Shown here: positions 45,803-55,798 of the stretch, piece by piece
Position numbering within the stretch: position 1 is the first letter of the stretch
How the letters are laid out: each line of letters begins with the position of its first letter
NCBI GenBank assembly: GCA_963643205.1
Contig: CAVIJJ010000004.1
Span: forward strand, 52-64,051
Length of the DNA stretch: 64,000 nucleotides
Direction: 5' to 3'
From: a bacterium
GTDB lineage: Bacteria > Bacillota > Clostridia > Christensenellales > CAG-138
The notes under the pieces: generated by a model
The model's database searches: none
What the model saw: only the letters and a program-made list of their open reading frames with translations
Told to the model about the DNA's origin: nothing
Program-made: the position numbers and the translations under genes

Positions 45803-46469
45803 CGTTTTTCTCCGTTTTCTTTTGATTATTTATATATTCCCGACAGTATGGCCTTACGGTGCATATATCGCATTTTGGATTGCGCGCGGAGCAGACGCGC
45901 CTTCCGTGGAATATTATCCAGTGATGTGCGGCGGACCAATCCTCTTTGGGAATGTTCCGCATAAGCTGCTTTTCGGTGTTCTCAACGTCTTTCGCCTCGG
46001 CCAGGCCTATTCTGTTTGAAACGCGGAACACGTGCGTATCAACCGCTATTGCCGGAACGCCGAACGCGTTTGACACAACAACGTTTGCAGTTTTGCGGCC
46101 AACGCCGGGCAGCTTTGTAAGCTCGTCGCGATCCTGCGGAACTTGGCCGGCGAACTGATCAACTATAATTTTGCTTGCGGCGATTATGTGCTTGCCCTTT
46201 GTTTTGTAAAATCCGCAGCTTTTTATATACGGCTCAAGCTCTTCTTCGCTTAGCGCGGCAAAGGCCTCGGGTGTATTGTATTGCCTAAACAGCACGTCGG
46301 TTGCCTTATTCACCTGCTTATCGGTGCATTGGGCGCTCAGCATGGTTGCCACAAGCAGCTCGAACGGAGACGAAAAATTAAGCTCCGGCTTAGCGTCCGG
46401 ATATGCCTCTTTAAGCGCAAGAAGAGCATTTTGAATGCGCTCGGTTTTATCCTTTTTGCTTTCGCGCAT
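45789..46469 (-). CDS. nth: Endonuclease III
   Basis: HhH-GPD LPGVGRKTANVV with catalytic VDTHV, and an Fe-S cluster C-x6-C-x2-C-x5-C (CSARNPKCDICTVRPYC). ATG at 46469 lies 7 nt after AAGGGG. Overlaps the obg start by 14 nt. Confidence 0.9.
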   Translation of the reverse strand: MRESKKDKTERIQNALLALKEAYPDAKPELNFSSPFELLVATMLSAQCTDKQVNKATDVLFRQYNTPEAFAALSEEELEPYIKSCGFYKTKGKHIIAASKIIVDQFAGQVPQDRDELTKLPGVGRKTANVVVSNAFGVPAIAVDTHVFRVSNRIGLAEAKDVENTEKQLMRNIPKEDWSAAHHWIIFHGRRVCSARNPKCDICTVRPYCREYINNQKKTEKNDAVR

Positions 46470-46680
46470 ATTTTCGCCCCTTTCCATAATAATACATTAT
46501 AATTATATACGAACACGGGCGCTTTTTGCAACACGGGCGCCGCTTTAATTAAAAGAAGAATTCAATTTCAAGCTTTTTTCACATTAGTTTATATTGTTGT
46601 GCCGTGCCCCGGCGCGTATAGTATGGTATAATAAGCGGTACGGATGTATCCGCACTAAGCAACCGAAAGGACATTGATAT

Positions 46681-47664
46681 ATGGCAAGAGTCAGCAGCAT
46701 TGGCGGCCAGGCCGTTATGGAAGGCGTTATGATGAAATCCCCCACGGGAATCGCGCTTGCTGTCAGGTGCGCGGACGGCACAATAGCCACCCGCAGCAAC
46801 AGCTGGAAAACAAAGGCGCAGAAGGGTACGTTTTATGGGCTGCCCATAGTAAGGGGCGTTGTAACGTTTATAGAATCCCTTTCAACCGGCATGGGCACGC
46901 TTACCGAAAGCGCTAAGCTGGCGGGAGAGGATATAGACGAGGAACCGACAAAATTTGAAAAATGGCTTAGCGAAAAGCTTGGCAAGTCCGTTGAAAGCAT
47001 AGTGATAGGGCTTGCGGTAATATTGGCTGTGGCGCTCAGTGTTGGGCTTTTCTTTCTGCTGCCGCTTGGAATAAGCTCGCTTATATTCGGCAAGGCCGCA
47101 AGCGTTGCCGGCGTTTGGAAAAGCCTTACGGAAGGGCTTGTAAGGCTTATTGTATTCATTGGCTATATAGCGCTCTGCTCAAGCATAAAGGACGTTAAGC
47201 GCACGTTTATGTACCACGGGGCGGAGCATAAAACAATCGCCTGCTACGAGGCGGAGGAGGAGCTTACCCCCGAAAACGCCGCCAAGCACTCAAGGCTGCA
47301 CCCCCGCTGCGGAACCAACTATCTGTTCCTTGTTATGGCGGTTTCCATTCTGTTTTTCGCGGCGATAGGCTGGAACGCAAACTTTCTTGTTCGCCTGGCG
47401 CTTCGCATAATATTCCTGCCTGTGGTGGCCGGGCTGTCATACGAGGTTCTTCGCTTTGCCGCGCGGCACGATAATTGGTTTACCCGCATAATCCGCGCGC
47501 CCGGCATGGCCCTGCAGCACCTTACCACAAAGGAGCCCACAAAGGATATGCTTGAGGTTGCCATAACCGCATTTAATCTGGCGATGGATCCCAACTGGAA
47601 GCCCGATAATGAACCCGAGGAAAAAGAAAAAGCGGAGGAGTGCTCCGCTCAGTTGTCCGAATAA
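46681..47664 (+). CDS. DUF1385 family membrane protein
   Basis: 327 aa with IGGQAVMEGVMMKS at the N-terminus and YHGAEHKTI...HPRCGT blocks typical of DUF1385 (YqhQ-like). Confidence 0.8.
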   Translation: MARVSSIGGQAVMEGVMMKSPTGIALAVRCADGTIATRSNSWKTKAQKGTFYGLPIVRGVVTFIESLSTGMGTLTESAKLAGEDIDEEPTKFEKWLSEKLGKSVESIVIGLAVILAVALSVGLFFLLPLGISSLIFGKAASVAGVWKSLTEGLVRLIVFIGYIALCSSIKDVKRTFMYHGAEHKTIACYEAEEELTPENAAKHSRLHPRCGTNYLFLVMAVSILFFAAIGWNANFLVRLALRIIFLPVVAGLSYEVLRFAARHDNWFTRIIRAPGMALQHLTTKEPTKDMLEVAITAFNLAMDPNWKPDNEPEEKEKAEECSAQLSE

Positions 47665-48833
47665 GGATATAAAAGCTTATAAAGCGTAGGCTCAAGTGAA
47701 AATTCGTTCATCAGCGCCTTCGCCTCATCAAGAGCTGCCCGCCCGGTGCCGTCAAGTGCCGGGCGTTTTTTTATGGCGCGTATAAGCAAATTCTTTGGGG
47801 TATGGCTAAGGTCAACAAACTCCAGCACCTGCGTTTTATATCCCCGGCTTTCAAGCAGATTGGCGCGGATGGCGTCCGTCATAAGGGCGGCCATGCGCTC
47901 CTTTATTATACCGTAGCGGGTAATGATTTTAAGCGAGTCCGTTGATATCTGCGCGTTAAGCTCATGCTGGCAGCAGGGCACGGAAAGTATCATTCTCGCT
48001 CCCCTGCACACGGCGTTATGCAGGGCGTAGTCGGTTGCCGTGTCGCACGCGTGCAGCGTAACAACCATGTCCGCCGGGGCATTCGCGTCGTATTCGGCAA
48101 TGTCACCGCGCTCAAAATTAAGGTTCGCGTAGCCGTAGCGCTTCGCGGCGGCGTTGCACTTGGCTATAACATCCGCCTTAAGATCAAGCCCGGTCATGCT
48201 TACGCTCATGCCCAGTATGTTCACAAGATAGTGATACAGCACAAACGTAAGGTATGATTTGCCGCAGCCGAAATCGATTATTCTAAGGGGCTTTGTGTCG
48301 TTGCGATCAAGGCAGCCGTCTTCATTCAGCGCGTCGCGTACTATTTCAAGAAAGCGGTTTATCTGCGCGAACTTGTCGCGCATAGGCGCGGCCACACGGC
48401 CTTCCTTTGTAAAAACGCCCATGTCGATAAGCGCGGGCAGCGGCTCGGTTTCGCTTAAAATATATTGCTTTTTTCTGTTGTGCTCCTGCTGCGGCTGCTT
48501 GGGTGCCGTGGCGGAAAGGGGCTTTATCATGTATGTTGCCTCGTCATAACCCTTGTTTATCATTATTATGTGCTCATTTTTATCCGTGAATGCGTTAATC
48601 TGCCTGTATGAGCGGCGCGAAAGCTCATCAAGGAGCGCGCCTTCAAGCTCATTCGAGGATATATTCTGGTGAAAAGCCTGCTTTTCGCTGTATCTGCTTA
48701 TGTGGTATCCTTCACCTATAAGCTCAAGCGTGCAGCGGCGGTATTCCGCGCTTTTTGCGGGCTTTGAAAGTATTATTCTTGCGGGTTTCGCGGCCGCTGC
48801 TTTATTCGCGGCGGCCTGTATAGTAAGCTTCAT
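47649..48833 (-). CDS. Class I SAM-dependent methyltransferase with N-terminal extension
   Basis: 394 aa with SAM motif I in IIDFGCGKSYLT, followed by GLDL and TLHACD blocks. The 3' end converges on and overlaps DUF1385 by 16 nt. Confidence 0.7.
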   Translation of the reverse strand: MKLTIQAAANKAAAAKPARIILSKPAKSAEYRRCTLELIGEGYHISRYSEKQAFHQNISSNELEGALLDELSRRSYRQINAFTDKNEHIIMINKGYDEATYMIKPLSATAPKQPQQEHNRKKQYILSETEPLPALIDMGVFTKEGRVAAPMRDKFAQINRFLEIVRDALNEDGCLDRNDTKPLRIIDFGCGKSYLTFVLYHYLVNILGMSVSMTGLDLKADVIAKCNAAAKRYGYANLNFERGDIAEYDANAPADMVVTLHACDTATDYALHNAVCRGARMILSVPCCQHELNAQISTDSLKIITRYGIIKERMAALMTDAIRANLLESRGYKTQVLEFVDLSHTPKNLLIRAIKKRPALDGTGRAALDEAKALMNEFSLEPTLYKLLYPYSDN

Positions 48834-49002
48834 TGTCTGAAGATTCCCTTCGCTAAGTTGTCTTTGATAAGAATATAATACAATCGGCCGGCGCGCAATG
48901 TCAAATGCGTGAAAAGGGTTATTATTGTGAAAAAACTATACGGCTATTGCATAAAAAGCGAAGTGGCGTTATCATCAAGAAAAAAGAAACCGGAGGATAA
49001 GT

Positions 49003-51888
49003 ATGGATATAACCAAGCACGGATTCAGGCTCGTCTCTTCAGAGGAGCTTAAGGAGATAAAGGGCACGGCCGATATTTATAAGCACGATAAAAGCGGCCT
49101 TACCATGGTGCATCTTAACTGCGCGGATACAAACAAGTCCTTTGCGATGAGCTTTTGCACCCCGCCCGAAAACAGCACCGGCGTGCCGCACATATTGGAG
49201 CACAGCGTGCTCGCGGGCAGCGATAAATATCCCGTAAGGGAGCCGTTTGTGGAGCTTATGAAGGGCTCACTGAATACGTTCCTTAACGCCTTTACTGCGG
49301 GCGACTGGACAATGTACCCCGTGGCCAGCCAAAATATGCAGGACTTTTTGAACCTTGTCGATGTTTATATGGACGCGGTGCTCAACCCCCTTATTCACTC
49401 CACGCCGGAAATATTCTGGCAGGAGGGCTGGCACTATGAGATAAATGACGATAAGCTCAGCGTAAACGGCGTTGTGTACAACGAAATGAAGGGCGCCATG
49501 TCCTCACCCGAGCGGGTTATAGAGCAGGAACTGCAAACCGCCCTGTTTGACAATTGCTACGGCGTGAATTCCGGCGGCGACCCCGCGGTTATACCGGAGC
49601 TTTCATACGAAGCTTTCTGCAGCTTCCACAAAAAGCTTTATCATCCTTCCAATGCCCTTATGTTCCTTTACGGTGACATGGATCTGGACAAGGTGCTTGC
49701 CCTTGCGGACGGCTACCTTTGCAATTATACCCCCTCAACGCGCGAGCATGTGGGCAGCGCGACCAAGCTGACCGCGCCCAAGCTTATCACAAAGCAGTAT
49801 CCCATAAACGCCGGCGAGGATCCGGAAGGCAAGGCGCTTTATACCCGCGGCTGGGTGCTTGACCACCGCTGTGCAAGGGAACTTTTCGCCATGGATGTGC
49901 TTAAGGATGCCCTGTTTAACGCCGAGGCGGCACCCGTTAAGCGCGCCATAATGCAGAGCGGCGTTTGCGGAAACGTTGAGGCCGGCGGGGACGGCAGCAT
50001 AAAGTACCCCGTATATGAACTTGTTATGAACGACGTTGATGCGGACAGGTTTGACGAGATTAAGGAAATAGTCGATTCCACCATTAGTGAGATCGCGAAA
50101 GTGGGTCCGGACAGGAAGCTGCTTGAAGCTTGCCTGAATCGCTATGAGTTCGGTCTGCGCGAGGAGCCCGCGTATTATCCCAAGGGAATCGCACTCGGCA
50201 TGGAGGCCGCATCGAGCTACATTCATGATGACGACCCCATTTCCGGCCTGCGCTACGAGGATACGCTTAAGTTCCTGCGCGAGCAGCTTGATACGGATTA
50301 CTATACCGACCTTATAAAGAAATACTTTATTGAGAATACCTGGCAGGCGGAGGTTCGCCTTGTACCCGAACCCGGCCTTGGCGAGAAGAGGGAAGCCGAG
50401 AACGCCGAGAAGATGGCCGCGCTTTACGCCAACCTTACCGATGAGGAGAAGGCTAAGATAAAGGCCAATCAGGAAAGGCTGAGGAAGCGCCAGTCCACGC
50501 CGGACAGCGAGGAAGCGCTTGAGACCATACCTCAGCTTAAGCTTAGCGAAACCGGAGACGGCCCCAAGCCCATAGAGGCGGAGGAGAGAGATCTTCTGAG
50601 CGTGCCCACGTATGCATACGATATGTTTACAGGCGGAATATCATACATTACCCTTATGTTTGACGCCGCATGCCTTACCCAAGAGGAAATACCCTACGCG
50701 AGCCTTGTCTGCAAGCTTCTTGGCGACATGAGCGCGGGTGAGTACGGCTTTGAGCAGCTTTCAACCGAACTTATGCTGAATACCGGCTCTATCGGCGCCA
50801 AGGTGAACGCGTACCACAGGGCAGGCGAAACGCAGGCGCATCCCTTTGCGCTGATAAGCATAAAGGCGCTTACATCAAAGCTTCAGGATGCCATGGATGC
50901 TATCTGCGCCATGATTACGGATACGCACTTTGATGAACGCGACAGGCTTAATGAGGCCATAAGCATGCTGGCGGCGGAAAACCGCTCCACGCTTATAGCG
51001 GCCGGCAACGTCATTGCCGCGCTGAGGTTGAGTTCATACTTTGATCCCGCGGCAATGTATTCGGAGCTTGCGGGCGGCCTTAGCTTCTTTGATTTCATTA
51101 AAAAGTTTGCCGCGGCGGACGAGGCGGAATTGGGCGAGCATATTGCCAAGCTTGAAGCCGTGGCCAAAAAGCTGTTTGTCCGCGCGAATCTCAGCGTTAT
51201 GCTCTCCGGCGAGGAGGAGCAGTATACTGCGGCGAAGAAAGCCATCGGCAGGCTGATTGACACGCTTGATGAGGGCAAAAAGCAGGACAACCGCCCCGTG
51301 TTTGTGAAGAACGCCAAGAATGAGGCCATAATGACCCCGGGCGATGTGCAGTACTGCGCGGAGGGCTACGACATGGCGGAGCTTGGCTTCAGCTACGACG
51401 GAGCGACTGCCGTTATGAAGAACATACTCGCTACCGATTATCTGTGGAACAGAATCCGCGTGCTTGGCGGAGCGTACGGCGCGCATCTTAGGGTAAGTCA
51501 GAACGGCATCTTTACGCTGTGCAGCTACCGTGACCCGAACCTGGAGAACACATACAAGGTATATGACGGAATGGCCGAATACCTTGAAAAGTTTGACCCA
51601 AGCCGCAGGGAAATGGATAAATACGTCCTCGGCACCCTTCAGGAGCTTGACGCTCCCAAGGTTGGCCAGGTTGCGCACGATTCGGCGCTGTCGACTTACC
51701 TGGGCGGTTACACCAAGGAAAAGCAGAAGCAGATGCGCCGCGATGTAATAGCAACCGAGGCTAAGGACATTCGCGCCAAGGCCGCCCTTGTGAAGGCTGT
51801 AACCGATAAGCACTTTATCTGCACCGTTGGCAACAGCGAAAAGATAAAGGCCGCAAAGGATATGTTCAACACCGTAATAGAAGGCTGA
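49003..51888 (+). CDS. M16C (PreP-like) insulinase family metallopeptidase
   Basis: 961 aa with the inverted zinc motif HxxEH in GVPHILEHSVLAGS and NAFTAGDWTMYP downstream. Ribosome-binding site GGAGG. Confidence 0.85.
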   Translation: MDITKHGFRLVSSEELKEIKGTADIYKHDKSGLTMVHLNCADTNKSFAMSFCTPPENSTGVPHILEHSVLAGSDKYPVREPFVELMKGSLNTFLNAFTAGDWTMYPVASQNMQDFLNLVDVYMDAVLNPLIHSTPEIFWQEGWHYEINDDKLSVNGVVYNEMKGAMSSPERVIEQELQTALFDNCYGVNSGGDPAVIPELSYEAFCSFHKKLYHPSNALMFLYGDMDLDKVLALADGYLCNYTPSTREHVGSATKLTAPKLITKQYPINAGEDPEGKALYTRGWVLDHRCARELFAMDVLKDALFNAEAAPVKRAIMQSGVCGNVEAGGDGSIKYPVYELVMNDVDADRFDEIKEIVDSTISEIAKVGPDRKLLEACLNRYEFGLREEPAYYPKGIALGMEAASSYIHDDDPISGLRYEDTLKFLREQLDTDYYTDLIKKYFIENTWQAEVRLVPEPGLGEKREAENAEKMAALYANLTDEEKAKIKANQERLRKRQSTPDSEEALETIPQLKLSETGDGPKPIEAEERDLLSVPTYAYDMFTGGISYITLMFDAACLTQEEIPYASLVCKLLGDMSAGEYGFEQLSTELMLNTGSIGAKVNAYHRAGETQAHPFALISIKALTSKLQDAMDAICAMITDTHFDERDRLNEAISMLAAENRSTLIAAGNVIAALRLSSYFDPAAMYSELAGGLSFFDFIKKFAAADEAELGEHIAKLEAVAKKLFVRANLSVMLSGEEEQYTAAKKAIGRLIDTLDEGKKQDNRPVFVKNAKNEAIMTPGDVQYCAEGYDMAELGFSYDGATAVMKNILATDYLWNRIRVLGGAYGAHLRVSQNGIFTLCSYRDPNLENTYKVYDGMAEYLEKFDPSRREMDKYVLGTLQELDAPKVGQVAHDSALSTYLGGYTKEKQKQMRRDVIATEAKDIRAKAALVKAVTDKHFICTVGNSEKIKAAKDMFNTVIEG

Positions 51889-51904
51889 AATTACAAATTA
51901 AGCT

Positions 51905-51940
51905 AAAACAAAGGAGCGGCGAAAGCCGCTCCTTTAGTTT
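51905..51940. terminator. Bidirectional intrinsic terminator (M16 gene / pepP-like gene)
   Basis: 10-bp stem AAGGAGCGGC-GAAA-GCCGCTCCTT, flanked by AAAACA and TAGTTT. Confidence 0.75.
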
Positions 51941-51983
51941 ACTTCGGGGGCAGGGAAAATATCTCTGCCCCGATTCATTCGGA

Positions 51984-53771
51984 TTATATCGCGCGGGTAT
52001 AGCGCTTGAGCCATTCACGCTCGTCCTCTTCCATAAGCGGGGCAAGCGTCTTGTAAACAAAGCTGTGGTATTCGTTGAGCATGCGCTTATCCTCGTCGCT
52101 AAGCAGGGCGGGATCGATGGCGTCCAGGTCTATGGGCGCGCAGGTCAGCGTTTCAAAATACATAAACTGGCCGTATTCATTCTTTTCACCCTTGCGGCAA
52201 ACAAGCAGGTTCTCCGTGCGTATGCCGTGACTGCCCTCTATGTATATGCCGGGCTCGTCGCTTGTGACCATGCCCTCTTCAAATACGCAGGAATCTATGC
52301 GTTCCGGCACTACCTTCCAGCGGAAGCCGTTAGGCCCTTCGTGCACGTTAAGCAGGTATCCAACGCCGTGGCCTGTGCCGTGCTTGTAATCAAGGCCCTC
52401 TTCCCATAACGGACCGCGGGCAAGAACATCAAAGTTAAGGCCGCGGCAGCCGTAAAGGAACTTTACGTTCGCAAGGCGCAGCATGCTGCGCAGTACAAGC
52501 GCGAAATGTTTCTTTTCGTCATCCGTAAGCGGACCTACGGCGATTGTGCGGGTTATGTCCGTTGTGCCTTCGTAATACTGTCCGCCGCTGTCCACAAGCA
52601 GGAAGCCGTGCGGTTCAACGGTAAGGTTGCTTTCCTCCGTGGGCCCGTAGTGCGGCAGCGCGGCATGGGGGCCGTAGGCTGAAATGGTGCCGAAGCTCAG
52701 GCCAAGGTTGCCGTTGGTAGCGTAGCGCATGGAGTCTATCTTGGCGGCGGCCGAAAGCTCGCTCATAGGCTCCTTGCCAACGGTTTCCTTAACCCAGCGC
52801 ATGAAGCGCGTTACAACAAGGCCGTCCTTTATATGCGCCTTGCGCATGTTTTCAATCTCAACGGGGTTCTTTATGGCCTTCTTCAGCTGCTCGGGGTTAA
52901 CCTCATCAACTATTATGGCCTTTTCGGAAAACTTTTCGTAAAGCGCGTAGTTTACGGAAGCGGAGCTGAGCAGTATAGCGTCGCCCTCATCATAACGGGA
53001 GGCAAAGGAATAAATATCGTTATAAGGCAGAAGCGTAACGCCAAGCTCCCTTAAATATTCCTTTACGCAGAAATGGAACTTTGTTTCGTCCGCGAAAATA
53101 TAAGCCGCGTCGCGCTCTATAACGGCGTATGAAAGGAACACGGGATTGCACTCCACGTCCCCGCCGCGAAGATTGAAAAGCCAGGCTATATCGTCAAGCG
53201 TGCTGAGCACATGCGCGTCCGCGTCCTTTTCAACAAGCACATTTCTTATATCCTTAAGCTTGTCCGCCGCGCTTACGCCAACGCTGTCCACGCCCAGAAC
53301 ATATACGGGGGAAGCGGGCAGGGCGGGACGATCCTCCCAAATGTCGCCCACAAGGTCCATATCCTCTTCAATGGTTATGTCCTTTGCGGAAAGTATCTTT
53401 TCAAGGCGCATAGCGGTTGCGGCGGGAACGGTACGGCCGTCCATGCCTACAACGCTGCCCTCGGGAAGGGAGGCAAGGTACTCGGTTGTTGTGGGCACGC
53501 CCTCTTCGCCCATTTTCATAAGCTTTATGGGGCTGCCCTGAATCTGCTCCTCGGCCTGAATAAAGTAGCGCCCGTCAACCCAAAGCGCGGCCTCGGTCAT
53601 GGTTACTATAAGCGTACCCGCGGAGCCGGTGAAACCCGAAAGGTATTGCCTTGATTTGAAATACGGGTTTACGTATTCGGACAGATGGAAGTCCGCCGTG
53701 GGCACATAGTACGCGCTCACGCCTTTTTGCTGCATAAGCGCCCTAAGGCGCGTAAGTCTTTCGGCAATCAT
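51984..53771 (-). CDS. Aminopeptidase P family (M24B Xaa-Pro aminopeptidase) protein
   Basis: 595 aa with creatinase-like N-terminal domains and a pita-bread catalytic domain (LVDSGGQYYEGTTDITRT, HGTGHGVG, SDEPGIY, RTEN). Confidence 0.85.
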   Translation of the reverse strand: MIAERLTRLRALMQQKGVSAYYVPTADFHLSEYVNPYFKSRQYLSGFTGSAGTLIVTMTEAALWVDGRYFIQAEEQIQGSPIKLMKMGEEGVPTTTEYLASLPEGSVVGMDGRTVPAATAMRLEKILSAKDITIEEDMDLVGDIWEDRPALPASPVYVLGVDSVGVSAADKLKDIRNVLVEKDADAHVLSTLDDIAWLFNLRGGDVECNPVFLSYAVIERDAAYIFADETKFHFCVKEYLRELGVTLLPYNDIYSFASRYDEGDAILLSSASVNYALYEKFSEKAIIVDEVNPEQLKKAIKNPVEIENMRKAHIKDGLVVTRFMRWVKETVGKEPMSELSAAAKIDSMRYATNGNLGLSFGTISAYGPHAALPHYGPTEESNLTVEPHGFLLVDSGGQYYEGTTDITRTIAVGPLTDDEKKHFALVLRSMLRLANVKFLYGCRGLNFDVLARGPLWEEGLDYKHGTGHGVGYLLNVHEGPNGFRWKVVPERIDSCVFEEGMVTSDEPGIYIEGSHGIRTENLLVCRKGEKNEYGQFMYFETLTCAPIDLDAIDPALLSDEDKRMLNEYHSFVYKTLAPLMEEDEREWLKRYTRAI

Positions 53772-54772
53772 CTGTGCGGCAGCTCCTTTTGCTTAAGGCA
53801 GGCGCAGAGCAGCTTAACGGCATTGTCCACGTCCTTCATGTCAACCGTTTCAACGGGGGTATGTATGTAGCGGGTGGGGATTGAGATGCAGCCTGAAAGT
53901 ATGCCGCCGCGGGTGCGCTGAACCGCGCCCGTGTCCGTGCCGCCCGCGCGCAGAACCTCGCGCTGATAGGGAATATTGTCCGCCTCGGCCGCCGCTTCCA
54001 TAAACGCGCGCACAACGGGGGGAACTATAACGGAGCTGTCCATAACCTTTACGGTGGGGCCGCAGCCTAAGGCAACCTCCATGCGGCTGCATTCGGGTAT
54101 ATCGCCAACGCCGGTTACGTCAAGGCTGATGTTAAGGTCGGGTTCGATTGCGTAAGCCGCGGGGCTTGAACCGCGAAGGCCAACCTCTTCCTGAACGGTG
54201 AATACGGCATAAACATCATGCTCGCTCTTCATCTGCTTCATGGCCTCGGCTACTATGGCGCAGCAAATCCTGTCGTCCATGGCGCCGCAGGCGGCGCGCT
54301 CGCCAAGCTCAACATAGTTGGTAACATAAACGGCCATGTCGCCTATGCTTACCTTCTTTTCAGCCTCTTCGCGGCCGGAACAGCCTATGTCTATATAAAG
54401 CTCGTTGAATGTGGTCTCGTTCACGCCGTGCTTGGCGGTATTCTCAAAATAGGTAACGCCCTTTACGCCGTTTTCAAACACAACCTCGCGCGCGGTGGCG
54501 ATAATGGGGTTCACGCCGCCAACGCGGGCAACGCGCAGGAACCCCTTTTCGTCTATCGCGACCACTATGAAACCAATCTGGTCCATGTGCGCGCTGACCA
54601 TTATCTTTTTGCCGCTTGTGCCGCGCTTGTGGGCGATAAGGTTGCCCATGGCGTCGCGATAAACCTCATCCGCGTAGGGGGCGACATATTGCTTTATAAC
54701 CTCGGCAGCCTTGTCCTCGCGTCCGGAGGGGCCGTACGCGCCGAGAATGTTCTTTATCATAGTTATATCCAT
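53768..54772 (-). CDS. M42 family metallopeptidase (TET/FrvX-like), paralogue 3 of 3
   Basis: 334 aa with SAHMDQIGF, DDRICCA, FTVQEEVGLRG and GTDTG. ATGA-type overlap with the pepP-like gene. Confidence 0.85.
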   Translation of the reverse strand: MDITMIKNILGAYGPSGREDKAAEVIKQYVAPYADEVYRDAMGNLIAHKRGTSGKKIMVSAHMDQIGFIVVAIDEKGFLRVARVGGVNPIIATAREVVFENGVKGVTYFENTAKHGVNETTFNELYIDIGCSGREEAEKKVSIGDMAVYVTNYVELGERAACGAMDDRICCAIVAEAMKQMKSEHDVYAVFTVQEEVGLRGSSPAAYAIEPDLNISLDVTGVGDIPECSRMEVALGCGPTVKVMDSSVIVPPVVRAFMEAAAEADNIPYQREVLRAGGTDTGAVQRTRGGILSGCISIPTRYIHTPVETVDMKDVDNAVKLLCACLKQKELPHR

Positions 54773-54775
54773 AAA

Positions 54776-55798
54776 TCAAAGCACCTCGTTGAATTTTTTG
54801 TTCTTTAGGAAAGCATCGGCCAGAGCGTACGCGGCGTTTATATCGTCTATGTCCGCTATGCTCGCCGGGGAATGGATATAGCGGCAGGGCACGGAAATGC
54901 AGCCGGTTTTGCAGCCCGCGCGCACGCGCTGTGCGGGGCCCTGATCGTTTGAACCGGTGGTACCCTGCCTGGGCTGCCACTTTATGTTGTTTTCCTTTGC
55001 GGTTTCGCAAAGCGCCTTGAACATATCGGGCGAAACTATGGTGGCGCCGTCCATAAAGGATATAGCCGCGCCGTGGCTCATCTTTGTTACAAAGCCCGCG
55101 TCCTTAACATCCGGCATGTCATTGGCGGTGGTACCCTCGAGTATTATTGCCACGTCGGGAGCAACGTTGTACGCCGCGGCGTGCATGCCGCGAAGGCCGA
55201 TCTCTTCCTGAACGGTGAAGGCGGCGTAAAAATCGCAGTCGTAGTTATTTTCAAGAAGCTGCATAAGTATGGCGCAGCCTATGCGGTCGTCAAGAGCCTT
55301 GCCGAGAACTCTTTTGCTGCCCAGACGCTTAAACTTGGTGGCAAAGCCTATCCTGTCGCCGGGCTTAACGTATTTAAGCGCGTCGTCCTTATCCCTTGCG
55401 CCTATATCAACGAAAAGCTCGCTGTGGCTGAGCACGGTTTTGCGGTCCGCGGCGGTTTGCAGGTGAATGGCCTTTGCGCCTATAACACCCTCAAGCATAT
55501 CGTCGCCTACAAGTACACGCTTTGAAACAACCACGCGGGAGTCTATGCCGCGCTGACCGTATGCGAGAAGGCCGTTGTCAAGCACGCCTATAACCATCAT
55601 GCCAACCTCGTCCATGTGCGCCGCGACCATAACGCGGGGACCCTTTCCGGGTTTATGCACAACCAGGTTGCCCATAGCGTCCGTTTTCATTTCAAGGCCC
55701 TCTATGCCCGAAAGCTCGGCCTTTATGTAGCGGCGAACACGGCCCTCGTCACCGGGTAAGCCTATAAGGTTAGAAAGTTCTTCTAATCGTCTAAGCAT
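54776..55798 (-). CDS. M42 family metallopeptidase, paralogue 2 of 3
   Basis: AAHMDEVGMMV, LDDRIGCA, FTVQEEIGLRG. ATG at 55798 lies 7 nt after GGAGG and overlaps the upstream paralogue by 16 nt. Confidence 0.85.
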   Translation of the reverse strand: MLRRLEELSNLIGLPGDEGRVRRYIKAELSGIEGLEMKTDAMGNLVVHKPGKGPRVMVAAHMDEVGMMVIGVLDNGLLAYGQRGIDSRVVVSKRVLVGDDMLEGVIGAKAIHLQTAADRKTVLSHSELFVDIGARDKDDALKYVKPGDRIGFATKFKRLGSKRVLGKALDDRIGCAILMQLLENNYDCDFYAAFTVQEEIGLRGMHAAAYNVAPDVAIILEGTTANDMPDVKDAGFVTKMSHGAAISFMDGATIVSPDMFKALCETAKENNIKWQPRQGTTGSNDQGPAQRVRAGCKTGCISVPCRYIHSPASIADIDDINAAYALADAFLKNKKFNEVL